Shown one piece after another: positions 52,070-64,000 of a stretch of DNA of 64,000 bases. The stretch comes from Monocercomonoides exilis PA203. Lineage: Eukaryota; Protista; Preaxostyla. Position 1 is the stretch's first letter, and the number at the start of each line of letters is the position of its first letter. Under the pieces are notes generated by a model, which was not told the DNA's origin, searched no databases, and saw only the letters and a program-made list of their open reading frames with translations. The stretch is from the NCBI GenBank assembly GCA_001643675.2, contig LSRY02000039.1, positions 558,001 to 622,000 of the forward strand. Reading direction: 5' to 3'. Made by a program: the position numbers and the translations under genes.

Positions 52070-52572
52070 TTAAAATGTGTAATCACCATGTCCCCAGAAC
52101 CCCGAAGCATATGATCCAAATGTTGCATAAACTCTTTCTTTTGGTACACTCAAGGTTTCTCCAAGCAATGCAGAAAAAGCCTAAAGAAAAAATTGAAACC
52201 AAAGAAACATTTTTCAAAATAAAGCAAACAGTCACGATTGCAGTATTTTTCGTTGCATTTGTTGGTCCAAGGACACGAACATCAATGAAGGCACAGTCGC
52301 CTTCTCTTCCACCAAAAGCCATATCCATGGATGAAAGAGATGCCATACAATATCCAACCTTTTAAATTTGCAATGAATCAGAATTTTCCAATAAAAGTTA
52401 TACAAACTGGTTTGCCAAATTGTTCAGAAAGAATCTTTTGTGCTCCGGCAAGAATTTTTGCTTTTGCTTCTGCGCTATATGCTTTGGAAACTTGAATCCT
52501 GTTATTCAGTCAAATGTTTTAACAAAATAATCTTACAAAAAAACTTAAAATGAAAAACCCTGCAAATGGCAT
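52070..52572 (-). CDS. MIF: Macrophage migration inhibitory factor / tautomerase family protein (114 aa)
   Basis: Exons 52572-52559, 52498-52408, 52358-52230 and 52180-52070 (345 nt) splice to MPFAGIQVSKAYSAEAKAKILAGAQKILSEQFGKPVGYCMASLSSMDMAFGGREGDCAFIDVRVLG...VPKERVYATFGSYASGFWGHGDYTF. Pro-1, GKP and MAFGG are retained. Confidence 0.92.
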
Positions 52573-52631
52573 TAGTTTTTTCAAACAGGTTTTGAAACAA
52601 AGGGAATGAGATCATTTCAAATTGTTATTTT
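52573..52631. promoter_or_regulatory. Putative bidirectional promoter (59 bp between divergent ATGs)
   Basis: MIF ATG at 52572 (-) and CH-protein ATG at 52632 (+). Confidence 0.55.
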
Positions 52632-55600
52632 ATGGAAGGTATACACATTTTTTGATTTTGTCCTCATGTTTTTTTTTTCAATCACAATTTTAAGGAAAAT
52701 TTACGTTATCTAGAAAACAACTTCATGCAGTAGAATTTCTTGTTCGCGAAAAAGCTGCAAGAAACTTCATTGAACAAATGCTAGGAATTAAAACTGAAAA
52801 TGCTCCGCTTTCTGTATGAAGATTTCTTTTTTTATGGAATGTACACTTATTTTCTTTTAAAGAAAGTTTTAAGTGATGGAGTTATTTTATGTCAAATTGT
52901 TAGAAAAGTTAACCCTGGGATGCTTAAAAAGTTTGAAAGTTAATGTTATATCAAAACTTAATGGCAATAAAAATTTAAGGTATCACGAAGTTCCAAAGCA
53001 TAATTTCCACAAAATGGTATTTTCACTTTTTTCACATTTTCTTTAATTTTTTAGTTTTTTGTTCCTTTATGAAATTGTTATTAAAAGGAAAATGTTTTAC
53101 ACTTTAATACAGCAGTAGTTGCTGCATTTCAGATGGAACCATTTGTTGTGCTCCCAAGCGATGTTGTTAAAGAAGAGTTTCCTGCAAGACTCGTTGATTG
53201 CGTTTTAGTTTTTGCAAAGAGAGTTGAACAAATTTCAGGGGGCACAATGGGAGTGCACATTGACTTGGATAAAATTAGAAAGGAAATCACATTTACAGAC
53301 GAAGAACTTGCTCATGCTGGAGATGTCATGAAAAAGGAAAAATTGATACCCGTTTCAAAAATGGAAATGGATGAAGAATCAGTAATGGGAACAATCAAAC
53401 GGTCAAAAGCAGGCAAACTTGGAGAGAGGCCGCACTTTGACGAAGATCATTCGTGCAATGCTACATGCGCAGACTCGTTTATTGATAGTGAAAATGCGAT
53501 TGATACAAAATACACAGCAAAAGAAAATGGAGATGAAATTGATACGAACGACGAAGTATCAGAGAAAAGTGAAGTTAATCAAAACGAAAAACGAGATGAC
53601 GAAAAAGATAAAGAAACAAAAAGTGCGATTGAAACATCACAACCACTTCAGGATTCAGAAGCTGTCAAGTCCGAGGGAGCTGAAGAAAACCAGCCAAAAG
53701 GAGATGCAGCTATTTCTTCTTCAAGTGCAGAGAATGCAACAAGAAGTGTGCTTCATTGCTTAATATTTCTGTTCTTTTGACAATTGCGGATGATGCTGAA
53801 TGGCTTTTATTACAAAAAATAATTTCTTTATTATTTCTGAATATTCATCATTTATTTTGACTCAATGTATTTTTATCCGTCAATTGAACCAGTTTTGAGT
53901 AAGATGACTGCAAACTATGCAATGAATGTCCTGCTGAAAGGAGAAACTATCGAATGTGATGAATGGGATGGTATGTTGAGAAGTGCAGTTCTTTTTTTAA
54001 AATTTTTATTTGGATATTTTACGAGCCTTTTTGAATCTATTGAAAAAACGAATTCAAAAATAAAACCATTTTTTGAAGATGCTTTGCTACACATTTTTTA
54101 AAAAAATCATCATTATTTTTCTTTTATTTTCTTTTTTTTATTAATTCTTTTCATACAAATGTTTTCATCCTTATTCGCTAATTGTTTTGTTGTCATGATT
54201 ATTTGAAGAGATGAGCCGAACACAATTCATTCGAGAATTGTACACACTTTATTGCATTTCTCAAACAAAAGCACATTCTTCTGCGTCATCTTCCTCCTCC
54301 TCTTCGTCTTCTCATTCTCCTCTGATCACCCGTGCCTTCTTCAACAGCATAACTCCTGTTCTTGTGTCACTTGCTTCATCTGCAGCAGCAGCAAATGACT
54401 CAACGGCAGTTGTTGCTGTCTGTCTTCTCTCATCTCTTCTGCGCCTGGATGAAGCAGAGAGACTGGCTGAGCTGAATCCCCTCAGAGAGAAAGCAGGGCT
54501 GGACAAGTTGGATCACAGTATGATATGATGCTGTTGCAATTGATGCTGATTTTGAGAATTTTTCTTTTTCTTTTCTTTTCTTTTGGTGTCATTGTAAATG
54601 AACTTAAAATGAATATTTTTATGTTTTTCCTTCTTCTTTTCAATATTGAATTCTAATTTCATCTTCAAACATAATTTTTGTTCTTTTTTTTCTTTGTTTT
54701 TCTCCGTTCAGTTACTGCTTCAATAGTGCCATCTCAAACACTTCAGCCAGCAACCACAGATCCGCTCACTGCTTCTGATTCAGATGCTGGTTGGATCAGG
54801 ATAAGGAGCAGCGATGAGAAAGAAGCAAAACCAGAGGAGCTGAAAGAAATTGTGTCAGACGATGAAATTGACTTTGATGGAGTGTTGTTGTCGCAATTAC
54901 TTGGCAAACTTCCAATAAAAGAGGAGATTCTTTATGGTTTGGATATAATCTTTTCTTGTTATTGTCAAATTTATTGGATATGTTTTGGGAAATATTACAA
55001 ATTTATTTATTTATTTACTCATTAACTCATTAACTTATTCATTCAAAAAAAAAAAATAATATAAAAAAACTTTAATTCCATTCAATTCAGAGCTCTTTTT
55101 CGATTCGCTGACAAAAGCGTTGGATGAGCGTGTGGCAGGAGGATGGCGCAATTTCTTGATTACAAACCCAAAAAACACCATCGGACGCAAAACAGCCAAC
55201 TCCATCCACAACAACGTTTCTGTTGATGTGCTTCATTCAAGTTTGTTGATGGGCAAAGAGAAATGGATGGATTTGTGGTTTATTTGAATGACAATGCTAT
55301 AAATTTATTAATTTATTAAATTTTTTTCTTTTTTTCTTTTTTTCTTTTTTTCTTTTTTTCTTTTTTTCTTTTTTTCTTTTTTTCTTTTTTTCTTCTTCAC
55401 TTTTTTTTCTTTCACATTTTCTGATTCATTGTTATGCAATTATTTTCAAAAAAAATTCCACATTATTATACAATATTCAAATTTCATTCCCTTTTATAAC
55501 TCTTCTTTTAATAATTTGATTATCTTTTATCAGTCATCGTGTTGTGTGAAGGAGCAGGCTGTGATTCTTCTCTGATAGAGCATGTTGTGGAGCATCTGAC

Positions 55601-55882
55601 AATTGTCTCTGAACTTCCTTCTGGCTCTTTGACTGATGTCCATGCGCTTGTCAGCAAAAGTTTGCTTATTGTGTTATATTATTAAAAATATTAAAGCTAC
55701 ATTTAAAATAACTTCTTGATAATAATAATAATATATTTTATTATTTGTTATTGAAATAATTTTTATTTATTTATTTATTTATTTTTTCAGATGGAATGTA
55801 TTTAAGGGTGTATGATTGGAACCAACTTCAAGTGCTTGCAAAGTTGTTCTTCCCTCCACGTGTAATACGAGAAAATTACTAA
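52632..55882 (+). CDS. Protein with N-terminal IQGAP-type calponin-homology domain and unrecognised C-terminus, multi-exon
   Basis: Splices to MEGKFTLSRKQLHAVEFLVREKAARNFIEQML...LSDGVILCQIV...NFHKMENV...PARLVDCV...KEITFTDEEL; last exon ends PPRVIRENY* at 55882. Confidence 0.72.
55321..55395. repeat. (TTTTTTTC)n intronic tandem repeat
   Basis: About 9 copies of an 8-mer. Confidence 0.85.
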
Positions 55883-56681
55883 ATCCTTCTTAATTTGTTC
55901 TCTTACAAAATTTTCAAACACCTTCCTGTTATTTTATTAGTATATGCATCTAAGCACATTTTTTAATTGTTTTATTTTGTTGCTGATTTTCTGTTGATGT
56001 TGCAAAAAATATAAAATTAAAGTAATAAATGCAATGCTTATTTGAATATTTACATGAAAAAAAAACAAAGTGTTTTTATATTCCGACCCGACAGATGCAG
56101 AAGAAGAGATAACAGAACGATGAAATAAAGGGTCAAAAAAATCGTTGATTGCTTCAAAAAAAATAAGAGCTGAAGCAACAAATGAATTTCGACTCATGTA
56201 TAAAACAAAAACATTGCTTGACATATGTTGATGAATAAAGAAAGAGTTTATGATAGTGTCAAATAAAAATGAAAGGAGGGAAAGAAAGAAGGAAAATAAG
56301 GGTTAAAAAAAAACAAAATAGAAAATTCGCAAAAATAATGCAATATAGCAAAATTGCAACATAGACAATCAATTCAAACAAAAGAAGAGGAGAGAAGAGA
56401 ATCAGCCTGTTGCGATAAGATTACAACGCAGTCATAAACAGATTATATATTTAACCGCAACTTATAAACATTCTTTAATAAATTATAAACTCCAATGCTT
56501 TCAAAGAGAAAGCATAAAAAATAAGGAGGAAAAAAAAAAAAAAGAGAAAGATAGAAATAAAGGGAAAAAAAAAAGAAAAAGAAAATACAACTTATAAAAC
56601 ATCCAACCCACAGTGTATTTCCAACATAACATCTTCATTCCCTCACCTTTTCCTTGAGGGCAAATAACAGAACATTTCTGC

Positions 56682-57776
56682 TTATTCAAGAAGAGCAGCC
56701 GTTGTTCCTTTCGTAATTTGGTCATAAATCTCACACACTTCTGCATATCCTTCCCGGAACGATTTCTCGCAAACATCATAAAAATCTTCCCACTTTTCGA
56801 ATTTTGCAGGATCAATCACTTCTTTGAAGTTAAGTACTGAGACTCCTCTCAGCTTCTTGTCGTCTGAACACCCCACATACGCCTCGTCCACATCTTCAGG
56901 AACATTATCGGGATTTATGCTGATGTTTGCTGAATGAATGAACAAAGATTTTTCTCTGATTGCATTTTGGCTGCCTTCCCCAGGAATAATCATAACAGGC
57001 ATTTTTAATTGAAAGGCAATTCTAAATGTCCCGGTTCTAAAAAAAATGAAAATAAAACAAAATCATCGTAAAAGACTTCTGTACATAAAAAGCACACTAA
57101 CCTTATTCTCTGGATAGTTCTTTCAGCTCTTCTATGTCCTTCGGGATAAATCAATAGTCTTGGATTGCTGCATTAACCAAAAAAACTGAATGAAATTACA
57201 AATTAAAATAAAGCAAAACATATTTTCAACGCAATTGCGATATTTTTCTCCTGTTTTTTTCATTTTTTGTTCAAGTTCTTCCACAGTTTGGTTTTTGGAG
57301 GAGGAACTCTGGAGAAATAGAAAAATCTCATAACAATCTGAAGCCAAAAAAATAAAAGCCACACTCTTTTGAAAAAAATAAGATTTCCTCCAATAAAAGC
57401 CGCAAGCGCACCAAATGGCATCAAAAAAGCAATTGCCAATCTGAATGGAAACAACAAATAAAAGATCAATAAAAGAAAAATCTTAATACCTACAAAAACA
57501 CGAAGGAAAACCCATAGCAGACTGAATGAAAAAATCTGCCCATCCCTTATGTGATCCAAGCACAAGACCTTTAAATTGATCGATTTCATCACGTTTCTTT
57601 CCCATGCGATAAGTTTTTATTCTCATGGATTTCAGTATTTCAACAGAGCCACAATCATAAATATCCCTTGGTTCCAAAAATGGTAACAATAGCCCCCACT
57701 TAGAGGTAAGCCATGTTACAAAATACAACAAATGGAACAAATTATAAAATTTTGAAATGATGGTAAAAATTATCAT
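56682..57776 (-). CDS. PlsC-family phospholipid acyltransferase (LPAAT-like), multi-exon
   Basis: HX4D motif LVLGSHKGWADFF, plus IFFKR, LLIYPEGHR and GTFRIAFQLKMPVMII; hydrophobic N-terminus from ATG 57776. Confidence 0.85.
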
Positions 57777-58195
57777 TTTTGTTAAGGGTCAATTGATAAA
57801 TGATTTGATTTTTGCATTATTTGCTAATCCCCATTCATTTTAAAAAAGTTATTTTTCTTTTTTCATTGAAGCTTCAAAAACATCTACTGCTTGAACCAAC
57901 TGGAAAAGTTTTCAGATGAATTGTGTATTTGACCGTAATTATTCTCAACTCTAAGAATTAAAAAAAAAATTTTATTTTGTTTTTTGTTGTTGTTGTTGTT
58001 GTTATGATTTTTTATTGTGTTCTTTTAAACAAATATTCATTTTTCTATAAAATTCTTGGTATTCTTTAAAAAAAAAAAACATTTTCATCCACTTTTCAAG
58101 TAATAATTCCTTTTTTTCTCGAGAGAATGAGCGTTCTGGATAAAAAATTATAAAAAGGAAACACAAAAAGATGAAGGGAATGTTTTATAGATAAA

Positions 58196-59603
58196 TTATA
58201 AAAACAAAAAATAATCTGGATAATTCTCAATCAAATGAAAACTGCTAAATTCGCCGCGACAAATATATTGGCACAACCCGATGATGCAATCTTCGTACCC
58301 TTCTTCTTCCATCTTTTCGAACATCTTCATTTTCGTTGCATTTCTTTCCTCTTCTTCTATTTCATCATTCCCCTTTTCTTTCAATTTCCTTAAAGCAAAC
58401 ATAAAAAATGACGTGCACTTAAGTGCCATTTCGTCATTAAACAATGATCGCTGAATCTCCTCCGAAACAGCATTAATTGCTCCTCCTTTCAACAAGTCAT
58501 CAACTTTCACATTTCTGTTATACACAGAATTAATAAACGATTCAATACATTCGATTCTAATGTCTCTGCAATTATCCTTTGCTTCCCGATAAATCTGAAC
58601 AATACAACCAACGAGCATGGCAAATTCTTCATTCTTCGAAAGACAACTGCGAAAATAAATCTCTAATGTTTTAAACCATCTTAATAAAATAATCTCTTCT
58701 TTCTCAATTTTTCCTCCCCTTTCCTCTTTTGTTCTCTTCCAATCAACACATTGTATCAGCCATTCCAACTCTCTTGATGCTTCTCTCGCAAAATGCAATT
58801 CATTCACAACTACTTCTTCTAAGCTTCTATCATATAAAATTCTTCTTATCAAAAATTGCCAAGCAGATTGATAGGAAAGATGTGTCATATTGTGATGTTC
58901 CTGGTGATATTGGATGATATCTTTGATTTCATTCAGATAAAGTTTTTGTTCGATAAACTCATAAAAAAGGAAAAAATAAATTAAATCAAAAAAGAAATAG
59001 AAATATTCATACAAAAAATTGGCTTATGCAACTCAAAGCTAGCAAAAACATTTCCACTTCTTTTTGTGCTTCTTCTTTTAACCCTTTGTTCAATGCTTCT
59101 TTCAGGATGTGAGATACACAAATAGGTATCAATTCCGAAGAAAATACGCTGTTAAGCAAAAAATAGTACTCGCAAAGATCAACCAAGAGCGTTTCATTTT
59201 TTTCTTCTTTCATCTCATTTTCTTCAATAATCATCTTTTCAATTCTTTTGCTCAATGAAGATTCAATAAAACTATCAATATATATGCCTTTCATAGTTTT
59301 CCAATATCCCATATGCTTCAATAATAAAATAACATTTTCTAGAGGCAGTTTCTTTTCATCAATCATTTTGAGTATTTTGTTAAAAAGATCTGCTGCAAAA
59401 ACGGATTTAAATTCTTCTTTGCTCATCTCTTCCATCAATGCATTTATTTTTTCAATTTTCTTTCTCAGTTCATCTTCATCGCAATCTTCCAGTTCTGAAA
59501 ACAAATCTGAAATAAAAAATTAAGAAAAAATGAATCCAATCATCATGAAGTTCAAATGCAACAACTGTAACAAACCCAAAAACTTTTTGATGCTTTTCTC
59601 CAT
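58196..59603 (-). CDS. YHQEH family copy D, apparently intact
   Basis: MEKSIKKFL|DLFSELED start with two introns at family positions; DIIQYHQEHHNMTHLSYQSAW and MEEEGYED present; no internal stop seen. Confidence 0.82.
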
Positions 59604-61271
59604 CTGTATTTTTGAAAATCATTGAATTCAGAAAATAAACATATTTTAATCATTCACATTGATTTCGCATTCGTTTGGATCGAAGAAATACATGACAAAT
59701 AAAATCAAAATAAGTTGATAATTATACTCATTCAAACTATTCTATCTTGCGAGGACATTTTCTCCTTGTGTTTAAGAAGCAAAAGAACACTTTGTTGTTT
59801 CAAAGTTTGTTGTTATGGAATCCATGATCATAAAGAATTATTAAAAATCGCTTGTCATTATCTTGATGAGAGAACAGGGAATGAATATTCCCTGCGGAAC
59901 TAGGAATATTTTTTCCTGTGGAAACAACAAGAAATGGTGAAATACAGTAATTTTGGAATTCTATCTGATGATTTTTGGAGATTGATTGATCGATGAAATA
60001 CAACAATTTCATCAATCACACAAAAATGATATTGTATGTGAATTTTAAAGTTTTGTATGTTGTGAAGATATTTCCGTCTGTATCATTTCCAAAGTGCAGG
60101 AATCAGAATTGTTGTTGAAATGGCCAATCTCCGCTTTGGAGAGCAAGACAATAGGAATGGAACTGATTGTTATATAACAATTAGGAAATAAATAAATATA
60201 TACCAGTGTCATGCTTTTCAGAATTTTTATTTGGTGCAAGAGATGAAAACAAATTCATCTGATGTTTTATTGAAGGAAGACAGAGGAAGATGGAATCCTT
60301 TGAAAAAGCTGAAACACTCAAAATTATATTGGATTTTGGAGCATGAGGAAGAGGAGTAGTTTTTTGTATTTTTGGACAAGGAAAGTGGTTGGCCGTGAGG
60401 AAAGCGAGATATTACTAACAAAAAGATGCGAAGAAATGAATGCAAAGGGATGAGATTGGAGCTCGGCACAAGTATTGAGTTGACCATCATCTGTTTTTGC
60501 AGTCAAAAAGGTATGCCCATATTTTGTGGAATGCTTTTTCAACGAAGCATGGCTTTTGGTGGCAATGCCCTTGAAACAGATGAAATGAAGAACAGCAGCT
60601 TCTGTTTCAGGCCATGCTTTTGAAAGAATAACAAAACTTGAGAGGATTGCTTCAATCACACTCCATCTTATGCCTTTGAAGGATTTGCGAAACAAGCAGA
60701 CAGGAATCTAACTGTCTCTGTATAACAACCTGCTTTTGATGATGTTGAAAAGAAATGATGAATGCGTTGGAAACACAGAATCATCATCATCCTCGTCATC
60801 ATCGGAACCTTCTTCTTCTTCTTCTTCTTCTTCTTTCCATTTCATCTTAGTGAAGTAGGATAAATGAAAAATTTCTTGAAAAAATTCTCCAAATGACAGC
60901 TTATTTTTTATTTTGTGAAATGTTGCAAAAAGAAAAGTTGAAATTCTACAAGGCAAAAAAGAAAAGGGTCGTGATAAAGAAAAAAGGTCAAGATAAAATT
61001 ATAGCCCTAATTGGATTCATCAACCAGAAACTGCAGCAGCTCCTTCATGCTCAGAGCATCTGACGGCTTTGCTGGCACATGCATCTTTCCTTCTTCCTTC
61101 AGCTTGTCTCGCTAATTCTCTTGCCAGCACAACAATTCGAATTCGGGAATTGGGATTGTTAGCTGCAACAAATCGAAAAAATTACACACGAAATAATAAA
61201 CTTTTGCAAATCAACTGATTGAATAGTTTTTAACATCGCATTATTACAGTTGCGAAAAAAACGTATTTCTT

Positions 61272-62651
61272 CTATTCGAATATTCCCTTTCTGAAATACA
61301 CCACAGGGATGTCAAAAAAGCCTCCTTCTTCCAGTTTTTCAATCAATGCCCTGTTCAGCATCTTCCATCTATTCTCATCATTTCCACTATTCTTTATGAT
61401 GATTAATTTTTTTTTGTATTCTGAAAATAAAAAAAGGCAGAATTTGAAAACATCGCTTTTCAATGCAAGTTGATCTATTCCACTGGCAATGAAATCCACA
61501 GCTCCAGCTCTCAAAAAGTCGTCAATGTTCATTTTCCCCATTGTTGCCATATCCTTCATGACAATAATATTCTTTAAAACAATATCACTTTGAAACCCAT
61601 TAACTTCTTTGCTAATTCTTGAGATGCATCGAAATAGCCCAGGATTCTCTTCCAGTCGACCATTATTGACTTTGTAAAAAATGTGAAGCGTCTTCATCCA
61701 TCTTTTAATAATCAACACATTTTTCCATTCTCTTTCGTTCTTCTCTTTCACCGCCCAGTCCACTAAGTGTTCCAGATTTTCCAATTCCTGAGTTGCTTCT
61801 CGCATAAAATGAATCTCATTCAAAATCACTTCCTCAATTTCCCTTTCGCAAAAAAATCTGTTGATAAAGAATCCCCATGCAGACTGATATGCAAGTCGTG
61901 TCAGATTGTTATGCTCTTGATGATATTTAATTATATTTGTTATCTCATTCAAATAGCAACCTTTGTGCACGTACTGATAAGGTTTACAGGAAATCAATTA
62001 AAACGAGATTAAGAAAAATGATGTAAAATCACACCACAAAGTGTCCAATACTGCTCAATGCTAGTAAAGCTTCTTCCACCTCTTTTTGTGTTTCCTCACT
62101 TTCCTCTTTGTTAATCGCCACTTTCATTGGGCAAGGCACACAAATATTTAGCGGCACGAGTCCATATTCTTAATCATAAAGCAAAAAATTGCATTCACAA
62201 ATATATGCAAGCATTTTTTCATTCTTCTCGTTGTTCCTAATCAATTCTGAAAAATAAAAACTCAAAAAGGATTTTTTGAACCCAGAAATCCTCAGCCCTC
62301 TCAATGCTTTGCAGTATCCCATGCGTTTCAGCAAAAGAATTAAATTTTCCATGGGCAGATTTTTACAAATCACAATTTCGTACAATTTGTTGAAGACTTC
62401 TTTTGTTAATATGGTCTTTAATTCGCTATCATCAAAGGAATCGAATAACTGGTTCATCGCCATGATTTTCAACTTTTGATCCGAAATTTGGTAAATGTCT
62501 AATCGAGAAAGCATTTCTGCTCAAAAAATGAAAATAAGATAAATAAATAAAATTGAAAATATTAATTAGATAATTTGCATAAAAAATTTAAATTGTAAAA
62601 TGATTTATTGAACATGCCGCAAAATTCTTTTAAAAGAGGAGATTGCTGCAT
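61272..62651 (-). pseudogene. YHQEH family copy E with one premature TAA
   Basis: MQQSPLLKEFC|AEMLSRL start; TAA at 62170-62172, then the frame resumes (ICVPCPMKVAINKEE); last exon contains YHQEHNNLTRLAYQSAW. Confidence 0.8.
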
Positions 62652-63339
62652 TGGCTATCAAAGTTATTGCATTTTGACGAAAATAATACTCTTAGGATAT
62701 TCAAGTTCTGTTTGAAAACAAATCATGTTTGTTTCTTTTCTTATTGTCACGCAATTATCAAAGAATTGCATTTTGACGAAAAAAAATAATAGGATTTTTA
62801 TAATTTCAAAGTCATGATAATCATAAAACGAGTATCCTTTTCATTAAATCAATTCAAAATTCGAAGGAATATCATCGGTCAATTAGAAATGATGTTTGAC
62901 TAAGTATTTTCAAACAAAAAAACATAAAATAAAATAATAAATAATAAAACAGATGTTGTAATTTTTTAAAATAATATAAGCAGATATTTCTCCAGTGGTC
63001 AATACTAATTTTATTTAAAAAGAAATTTTAAGAAACCTTTCTTTCTTTCTTTCTTTTGGTTTTATTGAAACGAAGATTTGTGATAAAAACAAAAGAGTCC
63101 AAATGCTTCTAAGATTTCTCAACAAAAAACAAACTGGAGTGGAAAAATGAATATGATTCAAGCATTTACAAAGTTATCAACGATATATGTTGATTTTCCG
63201 TGATATTTCTAGAATAGAAAAAGAATATTTTTTATGAATATATTTCATGGTCTTTAAGTATCCTTCTTTTTTCATCTTTTGAAAATCCTTTCTTTTGATC
63301 TCTTTTCTTTCCTTTTTTTTCATTTCTTTTTCTTTTTTT

Positions 63340-63960
63340 TCATTTCTTTTTCTTTTTTTTCTTTTTTTTTTCTTGAAAACCTCAAAAAGATTTTCTTATA
63401 TTTATTCGCAATTTTGTTTTCCGAAGTTGTTTACCAAGTTTCCTCCAAAACAAGTTTAAAAACTCCTTCCTTCATCAACGATTCAACGCATTCAGCTAAT
63501 ACAAATACCATTTATCGAAAACTTTAATGCATCAACCGAACATTTCATTTTCATTTTCTCTCGCTGTTCAATTCAACCAGATAAAGCAACGAATAAGCTC
63601 AACATATGCATTATCTCACCATTCGCACAAATCAAAAAAACAGATCAAAGTTTCAAGCATCTGATAATATCATACTCTTCTATCTTTTCTTTATTTTTTC
63701 AATCTTCTTCATTTCTTTTCAGTTTCATGCTCTTTACCAGTTCTTCCATCTCTTTTATTGCTTCTCTCTCAAAATATAGCTCATTCATTATTCTCCCTTT
63801 TCATCTCCTTCTTTGCTTTCTAAATTAAAACTAAATAGATGATGAGAAATGTGATGATTCTGTTCTTTTCAACAGAAAATGAAGCTAAGAAGGAGAAGGA
63901 GAGGCAAGTTCCAAGGATATGGATTATCGATATAAAAATTCTTTTCATAAAGAACACGAA
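63340..63960 (-). pseudogene. YHQEH family remnant (copy F)
   Basis: IMNELYFEREAIKEMEELVKSMKLKR corresponds to IVNELHFVREAARELEELRECVDWKR; many stops and frameshifts. Confidence 0.6.
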
Positions 63961-64000
63961 AGAAAACATTAAATTAATTAATATAAAATTATTTTTATTT

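Noticed and set aside
52550-52610. Upstream ATGs (52550, 52606) for the CH-domain gene
   Set aside because: 52550 lies in MIF intron 1 on the other strand, and 52606 splices into a frame that stops at TAG near 52732.
59700-61170. Possible gene or integrase remnant
   Set aside because: Coding-like composition, but no motif or continuous frame that I could support.

Overview
AT-rich, intron-dense eukaryotic DNA using the standard genetic code (TAA/TAG/TGA all end intact genes). Short GT-AG introns, poly-Ser expansions and the repeated gene families suggest an oxymonad such as Monocercomonoides (inference). The window alternates two compartments. Compact housekeeping blocks: 18.8-42.8 kb (ARM-repeat protein, type II thioesterase, giant poly-Ser DOCK GEF, SNAPC5-like protein, Frizzled-CRD-like protein, PHO80-like cyclin) and 52-57.8 kb (MIF/tautomerase, IQGAP-type CH protein, PlsC acyltransferase). 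Turnover blocks: 0-18.3, 42.9-51.7 and 58-64 kb. These hold seven copies or remnants of one uncharacterised helical gene family, a PNKP pseudogene, decayed surface-protein genes, an intron-containing Merlin/IS1595-type transposon with TIRs, and three non-autonomous element families. The most unusual signal is an ~240-bp fold-back element (GTCT...AGAC, 4-bp TSD). One copy is nested in another MITE and one sits at the exact centre of a perfect inverted duplication. The same perfect-core-inside-diverged-arms pattern recurs at 91 bp and at ~965 bp, the latter flanking a 7.7-kb gene cassette. All alignments and translations were done by eye.
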